Positions 17,539 through 27,057 of a stretch of DNA of 64,000 bases are shown here, piece after piece. The position numbers and the translations under genes are program-made. The notes under the pieces are model-generated. The model was not told the DNA's origin. It made no database searches and worked only from the letters and a program-made list of their open reading frames with translations. Position 1 is the first letter of the stretch. The number at the start of each line of letters is the position of its first letter. The DNA is from an uncultured bacterium (GTDB lineage: Bacteria; Chloroflexota; Anaerolineae; B4-G1), in assembly GCA_965612745.1 (NCBI GenBank), contig CBFDTD010000005.1, forward strand, positions 498 to 64,497. The letters are read 5' to 3'.

Positions 17539-18536
17539 TGCATCACCTCTTCAGCCAATCTGGCGTACTGAGGAGAATACACTTGCAGAAGGGGAAGAAC
17601 TGCATCCGAATCCAATACCTCGAGGGTGTCCAGAATAACAGTGAGGTTGTGCATCATACGCAAATCGCGCTCCCTGACTAACCGGTCGAAGGAACGGCAA
17701 AAATAACACGAGTGACCAGTCGCGGCCTTGAGAATGTTGAAACGCTCCTCGGTCAGACCGCGTGCGGTTGGATCATCATAGGTAATGTTATAGGCTCGCA
17801 CCAGCGGCATATATATTTTGCCAAAACCCGCTGTCTTCATCCAACCCACGGAGTCGAAACTGTACACGCCGACCCTGTCCAATAAATAGATCACCGGCGG
17901 CGTACCGACGCCGAAGGCGTGAACCCGTATGCCTTGCTGTGTGAGTAAATCACTGAGTAACGACAGTGAGGAGAGGGCCTGGGGTGTAAGCGTGTTAACG
18001 CCGTTGCCTTTACCGCCGGTGCCAAAGCTGCCGAACCCAATCTGCTGAATGTCTAGCTCTGTATACACTTCCAAGCAATATTCCACTTGTTCCAACGAGT
18101 GACCGTGCACAACCGGTATGGCACGCTCCCGTAGTGAAATCGGCATTTCGTGATAGAACTGCCAACTGAGTTGCGCGGTCTCCTGCACCTTGAACCAGAC
18201 GGTATCCAGGTCATCGGATGAGGAAGGAACATAGTCCGGTAGAACATACCAGTCTCCCCACTCGTTGGCCCTGTAGAATTGCAGCAACTGCCAGTACATC
18301 TCGTAGTAGTCTATGCGTCCCATTTGGACGAAGTAGCCGCCACTGTCGAAATAGACCTGCTCGATCTGCCCGGCACCCCTCATATCTCGAATTATCGCCA
18401 ATGACCTAGGATGAATGAACAAAGGCGTGATAAGAACGTGGGCAAATGGATTTCGCTTGTCTCCACCCTCAGCCCATAGGCGTAGCAGTTTGCGTATTTT
18501 ATCCGGTTCCCGCGTGATCGAAGCAACGAACCGCAT
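17535..18536 (-). CDS. tRNA-guanine transglycosylase (TGT)-fold protein, probably DNA-directed
   Basis: YFDSGGY, VLPDYVP, IPVVHG, VHAFGVG, SFDSVGW; C-terminal HxCxxC..HN Zn-site-like motif; ATG 18536. Confidence 0.8.
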   Translation of the reverse strand: MRFVASITREPDKIRKLLRLWAEGGDKRNPFAHVLITPLFIHPRSLAIIRDMRGAGQIEQVYFDSGGYFVQMGRIDYYEMYWQLLQFYRANEWGDWYVLPDYVPSSSDDLDTVWFKVQETAQLSWQFYHEMPISLRERAIPVVHGHSLEQVEYCLEVYTELDIQQIGFGSFGTGGKGNGVNTLTPQALSSLSLLSDLLTQQGIRVHAFGVGTPPVIYLLDRVGVYSFDSVGWMKTAGFGKIYMPLVRAYNITYDDPTARGLTEERFNILKAATGHSCYFCRSFDRLVRERDLRMMHNLTVILDTLEVLDSDAVLPLLQVYSPQYARLAEEVMQ

Positions 18537-18544
18537 CGGTGACC

Positions 18545-21151
18545 TCACAAAGCAGCGTCCAACCAGCCGATGTCGGTGCTGGGTGAGATTTCTGCAAGGG
18601 GCGTATCTGAGGTGACAGGAGAGGCTGGGAGTGAATACCTTGCCCGCGCAGCCTCTACCTCTCCGAAATGTGTCAACCGATACCTGGCCCCGGAAATCGA
18701 GGTCACTACCCCCAAGGATCTTAGAATGCGCAGGCGGCTGAGTACTTCGTCTCGTGCAGTGTGGATAGCGTAGACGTCTATGTGGAACTCGCTTGTCAAT
18801 TCGGTCGCAGTGCACGGCTGCCGGGTCGCCAGGAGCACCATAAACTCGGGCATTCGTGCCAGCCGTTCCATCATACAGTTCAGGCAGAAGCGGCGCAAAG
18901 CCTGTAGATCGTCGGTCTCCGGCAAGGTGGAATGCAGGAGCGCGTCGGCAGCACGCCGGTAGACGGTGTACGGTATCAGTCCCACCACGTAGTAGGCGTT
19001 AAGCACGTTCTGGAGGTAGCGATCCGACTTCTCCAACTCGGTGCCCACCCACTTGAGCATTGTCCTGAGGAAGGCTGTTGTAGTGGGTCGCTCGCGCAGC
19101 ACACCACGCGCCACCAGCACCGACTCGAAGAAAGTGTTCCGTTCCCCCCGACGGTCGGGCAGCGGCGGCGGGCAGATGTTCAGTACCGGCTGGGCCTCCT
19201 CCAGCCGCTCGATCTCCCATTCCGTCAAGCCAAAGGTTGCGGGGGCAGCGCGATAGAAACGATCGTCGCTGAAAACTGCGGCGTGCACAGAGGAACGCTC
19301 AACACGCCAGGTCTCCAGCACCCGGTCGGTAATCGCCTCAATGTGCAGTGGATGACCAGCCTCGGTCAGCACCCTGTAGGCGGCGTTGGCCAGGCTGCCA
19401 TCGTCGGGCAACCTCCACTCCCTGAGACCAAAGGTGCCACGCCCCACGCGCACGAAGAGGTCGGTACGGCGGCCTAACTCGGCGTGAACGTTGTGGGGCG
19501 TAGCCTGCAGTTCGGGAGGTAGCAGGGCGTTAATCCGCTCCGCGATGACCGTGTAATGCGTTGGCTCCCCGATGTCCCGCAATGTCCGAACGATTGCAGG
19601 GGTGCGCCTGCGCGACCACTTGACAAGCCTGCACTGCCCACCAGTGACCTCTATCGCCCGATTTGTGCGCAGGCAAGCGCGCAGAAAGTCGTCGGACAAT
19701 GCGGACCGATGCTTTTCATAGAACCGGGAACGCTTGAATTCGGCCAGCAACTCGTCGTCGGTCAGAGAGGTAAACGTAGGCTCCATCAATCTCGCCAGCC
19801 GCCGATTGACATCGGACACGAGGTGCAAAGGAGCATCCACCAGCCCCCACACGGCCTCGCGTTTCAGTTGTTTGACGTCTTTGCGGGTGGCAAGCCACAA
19901 TCGTCCCACCCATTCGGCATCGGTATCGTTCACAGCCACGGCCTTGGCAATTGCCTGCCCCACTTCGGCTTCGGTCATTAACCCACCGGATGCTCTAAAC
20001 GCCTGAAGCAAATGCGCAGTCAACTCACGCACCCGGCGCTGCCCATTGGGGTTGGCAAGACGACTGAGTGCCCTGGTCTGAATCTGTCGCACGCGCTCCC
20101 GGGTCACGTTCAACCGTTGGCCTACCTCCTCCAGCGTCAGCGGCTCGCAGTCCAGGCCATAGCGCCATTCCAGAACCCGGCGCTCTCGATCACTGAGGGG
20201 ACCAAGCCACCGCTCGACCAAGTCGTCCAGCGTCGTCTCAGCAAGCATCAGTCGGTGCATCGGGCTGATGCCTCGCCCGGCAACCTCGTCGGCCCAGGTG
20301 GCCTCGTCTTGCTCGACCAGCCAGGTCAGATAGCGCTCCAGTTGCTTCCCGACCGAGGGGTCTTGATCAACCGCGTCGGCGGGTTGCCGAGCCAATTCAC
20401 CGACCGACTCAATGCCCCGGCGGTGGAATTGGTTACCCCAGCGAGTGGGCAAGGCTAACCGCTCAAGCGAGATGTCGTCTAAAGGAATCTGGGCGGCACG
20501 GGCCAACAGCGCCGGGGCAACTAAAGGTAAGACCGGTTCAGGTTCAACCAGCGCATTTGGTTCGGGTGGCGGCAAGGGGTGCTCAGCCAGATACGCTTCC
20601 AGTTTCTCCTCTATCTCGGCCAGGGATTTCTCACCGATGTTTCTGACATCTAGAATTTGCTCCGACGACATCCGCGCCAGTTGGCCGATAGTGGCAACAC
20701 CACCACGGACCAGGGCGTTATGTGGCCGTGCGGATAATCTCAGAACTCTAATAGGCGTGTCTTTTGGAACAAGACCCCGAGTTACAGGCGATGGCGCAGT
20801 TGAATAAGCGGAGGAGGGCGGCTCAGGTTCGGTTGGTGCGGCCAGTTTGGGTGCCGGTGGCGATTTTGAGGACCGGCCTTGCTCGGGCAGTGGATGGCTG
20901 TCCAGGTAGAGCGTCAATTTCTCGCGGATCTCTGCGAGAGTGAGGACACCCAAGTTGCGGATGCCCAGAAGTTGCTCATCGGCCAACGCAGCGACTTCGG
21001 CAACGGCGCGCAACCCGGCACGTCGGAGGCAATTATAGGCGCGGGTTGATAGGCCAAGGGCATCCAGGGGTGTGTCATCCAGAGATAATGGCTGATCGTT
21101 TGAGTGAGGGTCGCGTTCTTGGCGAGGCTTCCCCGGCATTGCTTTGCCCAA
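18545..21151 (-). CDS. RNA polymerase alpha-CTD repeats + sigma70 region 4 + HARE-type HTH protein
   Basis: LGLSTRAYNCLRRAG..IRNLG and LSARPHNALVRGG..VRNIGEKS (alphaCTD x2); LTLEEVGQRLNVTRERVRQI (sigma region 4); GEPTHY..FVRVGRGTFGL and GHPLH..FYRAAPATFGL (HTH x2). ATG alternative at 21139. Confidence 0.82.
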   Translation of the reverse strand: MGKAMPGKPRQERDPHSNDQPLSLDDTPLDALGLSTRAYNCLRRAGLRAVAEVAALADEQLLGIRNLGVLTLAEIREKLTLYLDSHPLPEQGRSSKSPPAPKLAAPTEPEPPSSAYSTAPSPVTRGLVPKDTPIRVLRLSARPHNALVRGGVATIGQLARMSSEQILDVRNIGEKSLAEIEEKLEAYLAEHPLPPPEPNALVEPEPVLPLVAPALLARAAQIPLDDISLERLALPTRWGNQFHRRGIESVGELARQPADAVDQDPSVGKQLERYLTWLVEQDEATWADEVAGRGISPMHRLMLAETTLDDLVERWLGPLSDRERRVLEWRYGLDCEPLTLEEVGQRLNVTRERVRQIQTRALSRLANPNGQRRVRELTAHLLQAFRASGGLMTEAEVGQAIAKAVAVNDTDAEWVGRLWLATRKDVKQLKREAVWGLVDAPLHLVSDVNRRLARLMEPTFTSLTDDELLAEFKRSRFYEKHRSALSDDFLRACLRTNRAIEVTGGQCRLVKWSRRRTPAIVRTLRDIGEPTHYTVIAERINALLPPELQATPHNVHAELGRRTDLFVRVGRGTFGLREWRLPDDGSLANAAYRVLTEAGHPLHIEAITDRVLETWRVERSSVHAAVFSDDRFYRAAPATFGLTEWEIERLEEAQPVLNICPPPLPDRRGERNTFFESVLVARGVLRERPTTTAFLRTMLKWVGTELEKSDRYLQNVLNAYYVVGLIPYTVYRRAADALLHSTLPETDDLQALRRFCLNCMMERLARMPEFMVLLATRQPCTATELTSEFHIDVYAIHTARDEVLSRLRILRSLGVVTSISGARYRLTHFGEVEAARARYSLPASPVTSDTPLAEISPSTDIGWLDAAL

Positions 21152-21229
21152 ATAAGATTAGGAACGACGATTGCCACCCATTCCGTTGTTCTCATTGTAG
21201 CACAGCCGTGCTGAGGAAGCAAGCCCACC

Positions 21230-23098
21230 TTAACGACCGAACCGCAGCCCGCAGCACGTATCGGCGAAGTCCACCATCGCCTGCTGCTCCGGCGTCCCGC
21301 TGGTATACAGCAGGTCCACACACACGGCCGGCCCGCTGAGCGCGTGGGAGAGCACCCAGTCCACGATAGCCGCCAGCGAGGCCAAAGGGGTCAGTGGCGT
21401 CATAACGATCAATCGGTTGATGCGTGCGCCGACGAATCTGACAGGTGGGACATCCTGGAGGATCAGGCAGTCCACCTTCCCTCTCTCGAAGCGACGCCAT
21501 AGGCTCTCTGCGGTGTCCGCGTCGAACGAGCGCTCGAGCACTTCGACCGTCATCCCTTGTTCGGCCAGCGTCCTACGAAGCACCGCCGTCCAGAGCCGCT
21601 CAAGGTCACATATCAGGCAACGCGCTGGCGAGCCGGCCTCACTCAACAGTCGCACCACTACCTCACACTTGGCTCGGGCCATCTGCGCCAGTTCCTCGCG
21701 CTGCTCCCGCAACGTGAACAGGCTGGCGGCCTGGTGGTCAACGGCTCTTTCGAGGATACGGTGCAGCGATTCCCAGAAGTCCGAAGCCTCGTTCAGTTCT
21801 GGGTAACGGCGGCTGACCTTGTTGTGTACCGTGATGAACCGGTCGTTGACCTCGCGATAGGTCTGAAATTCGTCCTCCTGAAACGTGACAGGATGACGCA
21901 ACACGTCAAAGGGACGCAACCAGCCATCTTCCTCGGCATCGGCAAAAGTATAAGTTGCGACTGTCCGCTGTTCGAAGAACGTAGCCAGCATACGGCCGCC
22001 CACCGCCTGAGCGTGGCCGAGCGGGTGGCGGGTGAAACCGATGAACTGGTCACAGCCGAAAAGGAGCATAGCGATCCAGACCGGATCGAGCAGATCGCAG
22101 CCGTCCACGACGGTCGTGATACGCCGACCCGCTTTAGCAAAACGAGCAGCGTGCTGGTTGAAACGGCTTTCGATCTGAGAATAACAGTAGACAACGACCT
22201 TGGTACCACGAACCCGAGGCAGACCGCGCTCACCGAAGACAAGCACGGCATCGGATTGCAACCGGCATTGCCGGTGCAACTCGCCGGCCCAGTACTCAGC
22301 CTCGGACCGGCCCTCCACAAAAAGGAAAATGACGCGGCTCTTGCGTCGCGTCAGGGTACGGACAACGTGAGCGGTGAGGGCCAGGCGTGCCTCCAGTGGG
22401 GCGACGGACAGGATGGCTCGATGACGTGACGAGCGCACCCGACCATACAGGCTACACACCACTCGCCTCAGCCGTGCCTGTGGATCGGGCCGTGTCTTGG
22501 ATACTGGACGGGCAGGTTTGACCGGATGGGATTGTTTTGCCGCCGCTTCTTCACAGTGAAACAACTGCCACCAGTATATTTGCGTCGCCAATTGTCGCCG
22601 AATAGCCTTCCCTATGGCACCAGTCCCCGGCCTGATAACAGGGACTGCCGGGGAAGCAGAGATAGCGATATTAGCCATCTCCTGATCATTCGTGACAATG
22701 GCGCAGAAGCCTTCAGGAGAAGCCTTCAGATGTGCCTGAGCCAGTGCGATCTGCTGGTGGTCTACACTGGTGGGATCGAGAGGGGGCGGGATGTCCTGGG
22801 GAACTTTAGCGAAGATAAGGCGGCCTGTGGCGTTCAGCAATGGTATCCCCTCGGGTGGTGCGCGCTTCTGCAGGGCATCCAGAACGGAGAGCGTATGTCG
22901 GGCCGCCTCAGCCCTGGCTGTGTTTTCCTTATCCCGCGTCAGGCCACGCAACTCGTCCACCACCGCGTCGAGGGTATAGATGGTGATAGGCTGCTCCACG
23001 CCCCACTTGAACTTGTGTATGGCGGGAAGTGCCATCAGGATGTTGGTATCTACTACGACGGCTGGGTGGGGTTGGTGAAGCTGTGGTCTCTTAGGCAT
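21230..23098 (-). CDS. PIN domain fused to a degenerate SF2 (ResIII-like) helicase
   Basis: VVVDTNIL, VVDEL, VD, VTND (PIN); helicase-like VVDGCD, IGFTRHP, YTFADAEEDGWL without Walker A or DExH. Confidence 0.7.
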   Translation of the reverse strand: MPKRPQLHQPHPAVVVDTNILMALPAIHKFKWGVEQPITIYTLDAVVDELRGLTRDKENTARAEAARHTLSVLDALQKRAPPEGIPLLNATGRLIFAKVPQDIPPPLDPTSVDHQQIALAQAHLKASPEGFCAIVTNDQEMANIAISASPAVPVIRPGTGAIGKAIRRQLATQIYWWQLFHCEEAAAKQSHPVKPARPVSKTRPDPQARLRRVVCSLYGRVRSSRHRAILSVAPLEARLALTAHVVRTLTRRKSRVIFLFVEGRSEAEYWAGELHRQCRLQSDAVLVFGERGLPRVRGTKVVVYCYSQIESRFNQHAARFAKAGRRITTVVDGCDLLDPVWIAMLLFGCDQFIGFTRHPLGHAQAVGGRMLATFFEQRTVATYTFADAEEDGWLRPFDVLRHPVTFQEDEFQTYREVNDRFITVHNKVSRRYPELNEASDFWESLHRILERAVDHQAASLFTLREQREELAQMARAKCEVVVRLLSEAGSPARCLICDLERLWTAVLRRTLAEQGMTVEVLERSFDADTAESLWRRFERGKVDCLILQDVPPVRFVGARINRLIVMTPLTPLASLAAIVDWVLSHALSGPAVCVDLLYTSGTPEQQAMVDFADTCCGLRFGR

Positions 23099-23118
23099 TG
23101 TTGGATCACCCCTTGGTC

Positions 23119-24174
23119 TCAGGCCAGCGCTTGCGCCAGCCCCTCTGGCTCAAAAGCCGGCTCCTCCGGCGAGATGACGAAGAGGTAATCTCCATTTTGC
23201 AATGTGTACGCCCCTTTGGGGTTGACCATGATCTCCCCATCCCGCTCGGCCGCTATAAGGATACAATCCCTTTTTCCACCTATATCGAGAAAAGCTTGGC
23301 GAAAAGTCCTGCCCACATATTGGGATGGCACAGGGATGCGATAGATCTCATCTCCCTCGCCAAAGTTCAGCAACGAGGCGAACAATTTCGATATGCCGTG
23401 GCTGACCGAGGATTGCAGGATGAGATATTCGCCGAACTGATTCAGGCAGATGATCTCATCGGCATCGGCTCGTTCCAGGTGGCATATGTTCTCCGGGTCG
23501 TAGACCTCAACGCTGGTATACACCCTCGGATTCAGCCGCTCAACGGCCAGCGTGATCAGCAAACTGCGCGCATCCGGATTTTCACTTTTATCATCCGCCA
23601 GCACGATTGCCCCGTAGGCTTTCTCGATCCCTGCCTTCCGCAGCGCTTCATCCCTAGTCGGGTCGCCGGAGACGAAATAGACATCTTCCTCCGGGATCGG
23701 ATTCTCAGGCAGGTCCGCCAGCAGAACCAGCGGGCGTTTGCTTCTGATGTCCTCGGATTGAAGTTGGCGGATAATCCGTCTCGCCTTAGGTGTCCACCCG
23801 CAGATAACGATGTGATTCTTCAGGTTTTTCTTGTTCACTCTCTGTCCCCCTCTCAAGTGGAAGGCGGTGACGAAAGCGATGAACATAGAAACGATAACTA
23901 CGCCTTCCAGAATGACCAACATAGCGATGACCCGTCCCACCAGCGTGTTGGGCTGAACGTCCGCCCCACTGAGCAGGAAGACGAGGATGCACCACAGCGC
24001 CTCCAGCGGACTGTCCAGGTTGGGGTTCACTCTTCGCTCGCCAAGCCAGAACAGCACGGACTCCACAGCGATAAGAGCGAGCAAGATCGAGGCAATCTGC
24101 ACTTCGGAGTGCCTAGACCATAATCGTCTAAGTCTGAAGGGCACTGAAGCTACATTCTCGTCACTCACATCCAT
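23119..24174 (-). CDS. Two-TM ion-channel-like protein with TrkA-N/TrkA-C (RCK) domains
   Basis: Two TMs with pore helix LEALW..PNTLVGR; NHIVICGW; GDPT..L.KAGI; NPKG..LQNGD; RBS GGAGGAGG. Confidence 0.85.
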   Translation of the reverse strand: MDVSDENVASVPFRLRRLWSRHSEVQIASILLALIAVESVLFWLGERRVNPNLDSPLEALWCILVFLLSGADVQPNTLVGRVIAMLVILEGVVIVSMFIAFVTAFHLRGGQRVNKKNLKNHIVICGWTPKARRIIRQLQSEDIRSKRPLVLLADLPENPIPEEDVYFVSGDPTRDEALRKAGIEKAYGAIVLADDKSENPDARSLLITLAVERLNPRVYTSVEVYDPENICHLERADADEIICLNQFGEYLILQSSVSHGISKLFASLLNFGEGDEIYRIPVPSQYVGRTFRQAFLDIGGKRDCILIAAERDGEIMVNPKGAYTLQNGDYLFVISPEEPAFEPEGLAQALA

Positions 24175-24235
24175 CCTCCTCCACCGTACTGCCTCTGTAT
24201 CTACGTATAGTGCACCAGCACAAGAGAGCTATTGG

Positions 24236-27034
24236 TCAGGTTACAGTCAGTGCTACGCGAAAGCCCACATCGTCTAGTTCGCCTGGTCGGGCGTCAGGCC
24301 AGCCCGAGGCTCTGGGCCATAGGCGGTGACGGTAACTGCACACTGCTTCCCATATGTTGCCTCGGTACGATCCACCACGCAAGATGCGGTAACCCATTCT
24401 ATTGGTGTCTTCGCGTCCATCATCCGGTCGGTAAGGCGCATCAAATACCTTTACCCTGCGAAAGTGCCCACGACTCATAGATACAGGGGATTGTCGCCCT
24501 ATGTGCCGAGAAATATAACCGCTCGCAGTGAAACTGTAGGACCCCCACAGCGTGCTGCACCATTCCCATACATTGCCCGCCATATCCTGCGCGCCGAACG
24601 GACTGGCACTATCGGGAAAGATTCCAACCGGTGTTGTCGTCCGAAAACCGGCCTCGCGGGTGTTGCAGGATGAGGGACGGAACTCGTTACCCCATGGCCA
24701 ATCTCGCCCATCCGTACCGCGCGCGGCTTTCTCCCACTCTGCTTCCGTGGGCAAGCGGTATGGAAGTCCAGTTCGTTCCGCCAGCCAAGCGCAGTAGGCC
24801 ATTGCGTCGAACCAGTCCACATTGACTACAGGGTGGTTTGCACGGCCCGCAGGATATCTCCGGTCCTGCCAGTGATATGGTGGCTCATGGCCCGTCTCCG
24901 CCACAAACACCTGGTACTCCGATTCCGTAACAGGATATCTGCCAATGGCGAAGCGGGGGACGAAAATGCAGTGCATGCGGGCAAAGGGATCGGCATCGAA
25001 GAAGACAACTCTCTCTCCCATCAGGAATTTCCCTTCTGGCACCTCCACCACTTGCGGATGGAGTGGAGCGATACGTGGATCGCCCAGGTGGCCCAATGTC
25101 TGTCCAGCGGCCCAGCGCACGTTGAGATCAGGATCTTTCTCAACCATCCATGCCAACTTTTCGTGCAAGTCAATGTGCTGTCTTCCCTCTTCCAGAGAAA
25201 TCATGGCACGGGCGGCCACAGCACGCACAGATGCATGCTCTGACTCTAGCAACTCCGACAACAGTGCTATCACCCGCCTCGCCGACTCGAATCCACGGAT
25301 TAATATCAACAGATTCAAGGCGTGCAAGGCCGCTGACTCTGACCCCGCTTCAACTACATTTCGGAGAGATTGCTCGACTTGCACTCTCACCGCAGGCATC
25401 AAGAGCTGCCTTTTCGCAGCCGTATAAGCACATTGCCCGGCAAGCAAGATGTCGTCTGAGGTTACCGATGGCTTCCGAAGCAGAGAGGCCACAACTTCTG
25501 AGGAGCGTTTCCCTGCACCCGCATACAGTAGTGCCACTTCTCTCCACTCCGGATGGAATGCATATTCCCTTAGCAGGCCGAGTTGCCTCCCCTCTTCGGC
25601 AGCGATGGCCCGTGCGGCAAAGAAGTGGCGCAGGGCCGCGTGAGAAAACCTCACTGTGCGTTCCCCGGTTCTGGAGGGACCATACTGGAGTAGTCCACTT
25701 TCCACACACAAGGAGACTAGCTCAGTGTTTGCCTGCTCATCGGAAACCCTTAGAGCCGCGGCCACCACTTTTTTCCCCTCCAACCACTCCAGGTGTGTAG
25801 GGCCTCCCTGCGTCAACTGTTCTTGCATCTGCAGCGCCAGTGCCTCCAGTACTTGTTCCTGCCTTTTCCAATCCGTCCCACGTTGCTCGGCCAGTGCCCT
25901 GGCATATTCCCGGTAAACCAGGTATCTTTGGTCTGGTAATTCCTTGTCGTAAAGATGCAGTAAGAAGAGCAGATCCAGCAGAAGCGGGTTGCCGGCTAGA
26001 TTCTGCATCCCCGGAGCGTGCAACTTATCCCGCAGGTCACATACCGGGTCACGATCGAGTCTCGGCCCTCTCACCGCATCATAACGCCTTTGAACGAACT
26101 CCTCTATTTGCGTTTCCCCAAACGGTTCGATATCTCGTACGGAGAAATCAAATTCGCTCAGTTCACCCTCGTACCCTTCAGGCCGGCATGTAACGACCAT
26201 CAGGTTCGTGCGAGATGATTCTCCCCTGCCCCAAAAACCGATCTGCCGAGCCATATCACGGCGGGTCTGCTTATCAATCAGCACATCGAAGCCATCTAAC
26301 AATATCAGGCAACGCCCTCCGTCAAGTTTTCTCATCAGAAACTGCACGATCTCGTCAACAGAATTCTCTAACTGCCAATCCCGCTTCATGACCTCTGCCG
26401 CTGCCCGCGGAAGTGATCGCTCTTTGATCCAACCGGGCATCCGTACTACATCTTCTAATTGCACCAGAATTGGGAACGGCGGGCGTCCATGCCAGCCCAA
26501 TCGTTCCCACGCCAGCCTCGGCGAGTCGCCGCGCCTCCGACTATTACGTATCGCCCTGGCGCAGGTGATAGCCAGGTAGCGCAGAATCGTGGACTTGCCA
26601 CTCCCGGCCGCACCACGCAGCACCAATCGTCGGGTGCTAAGAAGCGCCTCACCGACCTCACCAATGCGCGGCAAGCATGGTTTGTGCCCGGTCAACCTCT
26701 GCCAAAGGGTCTGCTCAGGTGTGAGTTCCCCAGGAGTTACGGCTGCCTGTGCCCGTGCTTCAGGATTGGGGTCGCTCACAAGGGGTTCGACGTAGACCCG
26801 TTCCAAGTACATCGGTGGGACCCGCGCGCCTATTTCGTGACCCGCAAACTCCGGCGGTCGAAGGGGGAGCCCATTGCAGTGCTGTATCAAAGCGTTCAGA
26901 TATCGTCGCTCAAGACGCCGAGACCTCCGCTGTGTCTTTGCCCACCTCAACAGCGGTTCAAACAGTTTTGACAGAGGATCAAGAAGCCTCGGAAAAATGT
27001 CCGGCGTGAACCCGCTCATTGGGCCGGATGCCAC
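24236..27034 (-). CDS. NACHT NTPase + HEAT + FGE-sulfatase (SUMF1) domain protein
   Basis: LRGAAGSGKST; LLDGFD; VTCRP; NPLLL; FSH..F; GRYPVT..HPVVNV..YRLPTEAEWEKAARG..DMAGNVWEW..GFRV. Confidence 0.9.
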   Translation of the reverse strand: MASGPMSGFTPDIFPRLLDPLSKLFEPLLRWAKTQRRSRRLERRYLNALIQHCNGLPLRPPEFAGHEIGARVPPMYLERVYVEPLVSDPNPEARAQAAVTPGELTPEQTLWQRLTGHKPCLPRIGEVGEALLSTRRLVLRGAAGSGKSTILRYLAITCARAIRNSRRRGDSPRLAWERLGWHGRPPFPILVQLEDVVRMPGWIKERSLPRAAAEVMKRDWQLENSVDEIVQFLMRKLDGGRCLILLDGFDVLIDKQTRRDMARQIGFWGRGESSRTNLMVVTCRPEGYEGELSEFDFSVRDIEPFGETQIEEFVQRRYDAVRGPRLDRDPVCDLRDKLHAPGMQNLAGNPLLLDLLFLLHLYDKELPDQRYLVYREYARALAEQRGTDWKRQEQVLEALALQMQEQLTQGGPTHLEWLEGKKVVAAALRVSDEQANTELVSLCVESGLLQYGPSRTGERTVRFSHAALRHFFAARAIAAEEGRQLGLLREYAFHPEWREVALLYAGAGKRSSEVVASLLRKPSVTSDDILLAGQCAYTAAKRQLLMPAVRVQVEQSLRNVVEAGSESAALHALNLLILIRGFESARRVIALLSELLESEHASVRAVAARAMISLEEGRQHIDLHEKLAWMVEKDPDLNVRWAAGQTLGHLGDPRIAPLHPQVVEVPEGKFLMGERVVFFDADPFARMHCIFVPRFAIGRYPVTESEYQVFVAETGHEPPYHWQDRRYPAGRANHPVVNVDWFDAMAYCAWLAERTGLPYRLPTEAEWEKAARGTDGRDWPWGNEFRPSSCNTREAGFRTTTPVGIFPDSASPFGAQDMAGNVWEWCSTLWGSYSFTASGYISRHIGRQSPVSMSRGHFRRVKVFDAPYRPDDGREDTNRMGYRILRGGSYRGNIWEAVCSYRHRLWPRASGWPDARPGELDDVGFRVALTVT

Positions 27035-27057
27035 TTAAGTACACTTTTGCGCGAAGT

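Noticed and set aside
7918-18536. Canonical Dpd or BREX type 1-6 assignment
   Set aside because: No recognisable dpdB/helicase/PLD genes, PglX, BrxL or PAPS reductase
17535-18815. Housekeeping tgt, and the 426-aa ORF length
   Set aside because: It lacks the canonical Tgt N-terminus and context. The first 93 codons overlap the upstream gene, so ATG 18536 is preferred
18545-21151. rpoA or a primary sigma factor
   Set aside because: Only alphaCTD and region-4 fragments; no alphaNTD or sigma region 2
23098-24123. Long plus-strand ORFs such as 23098-24123, 7864-8760 and 12381-13292
   Set aside because: Antisense shadows of motif-bearing minus-strand genes in GC-rich DNA
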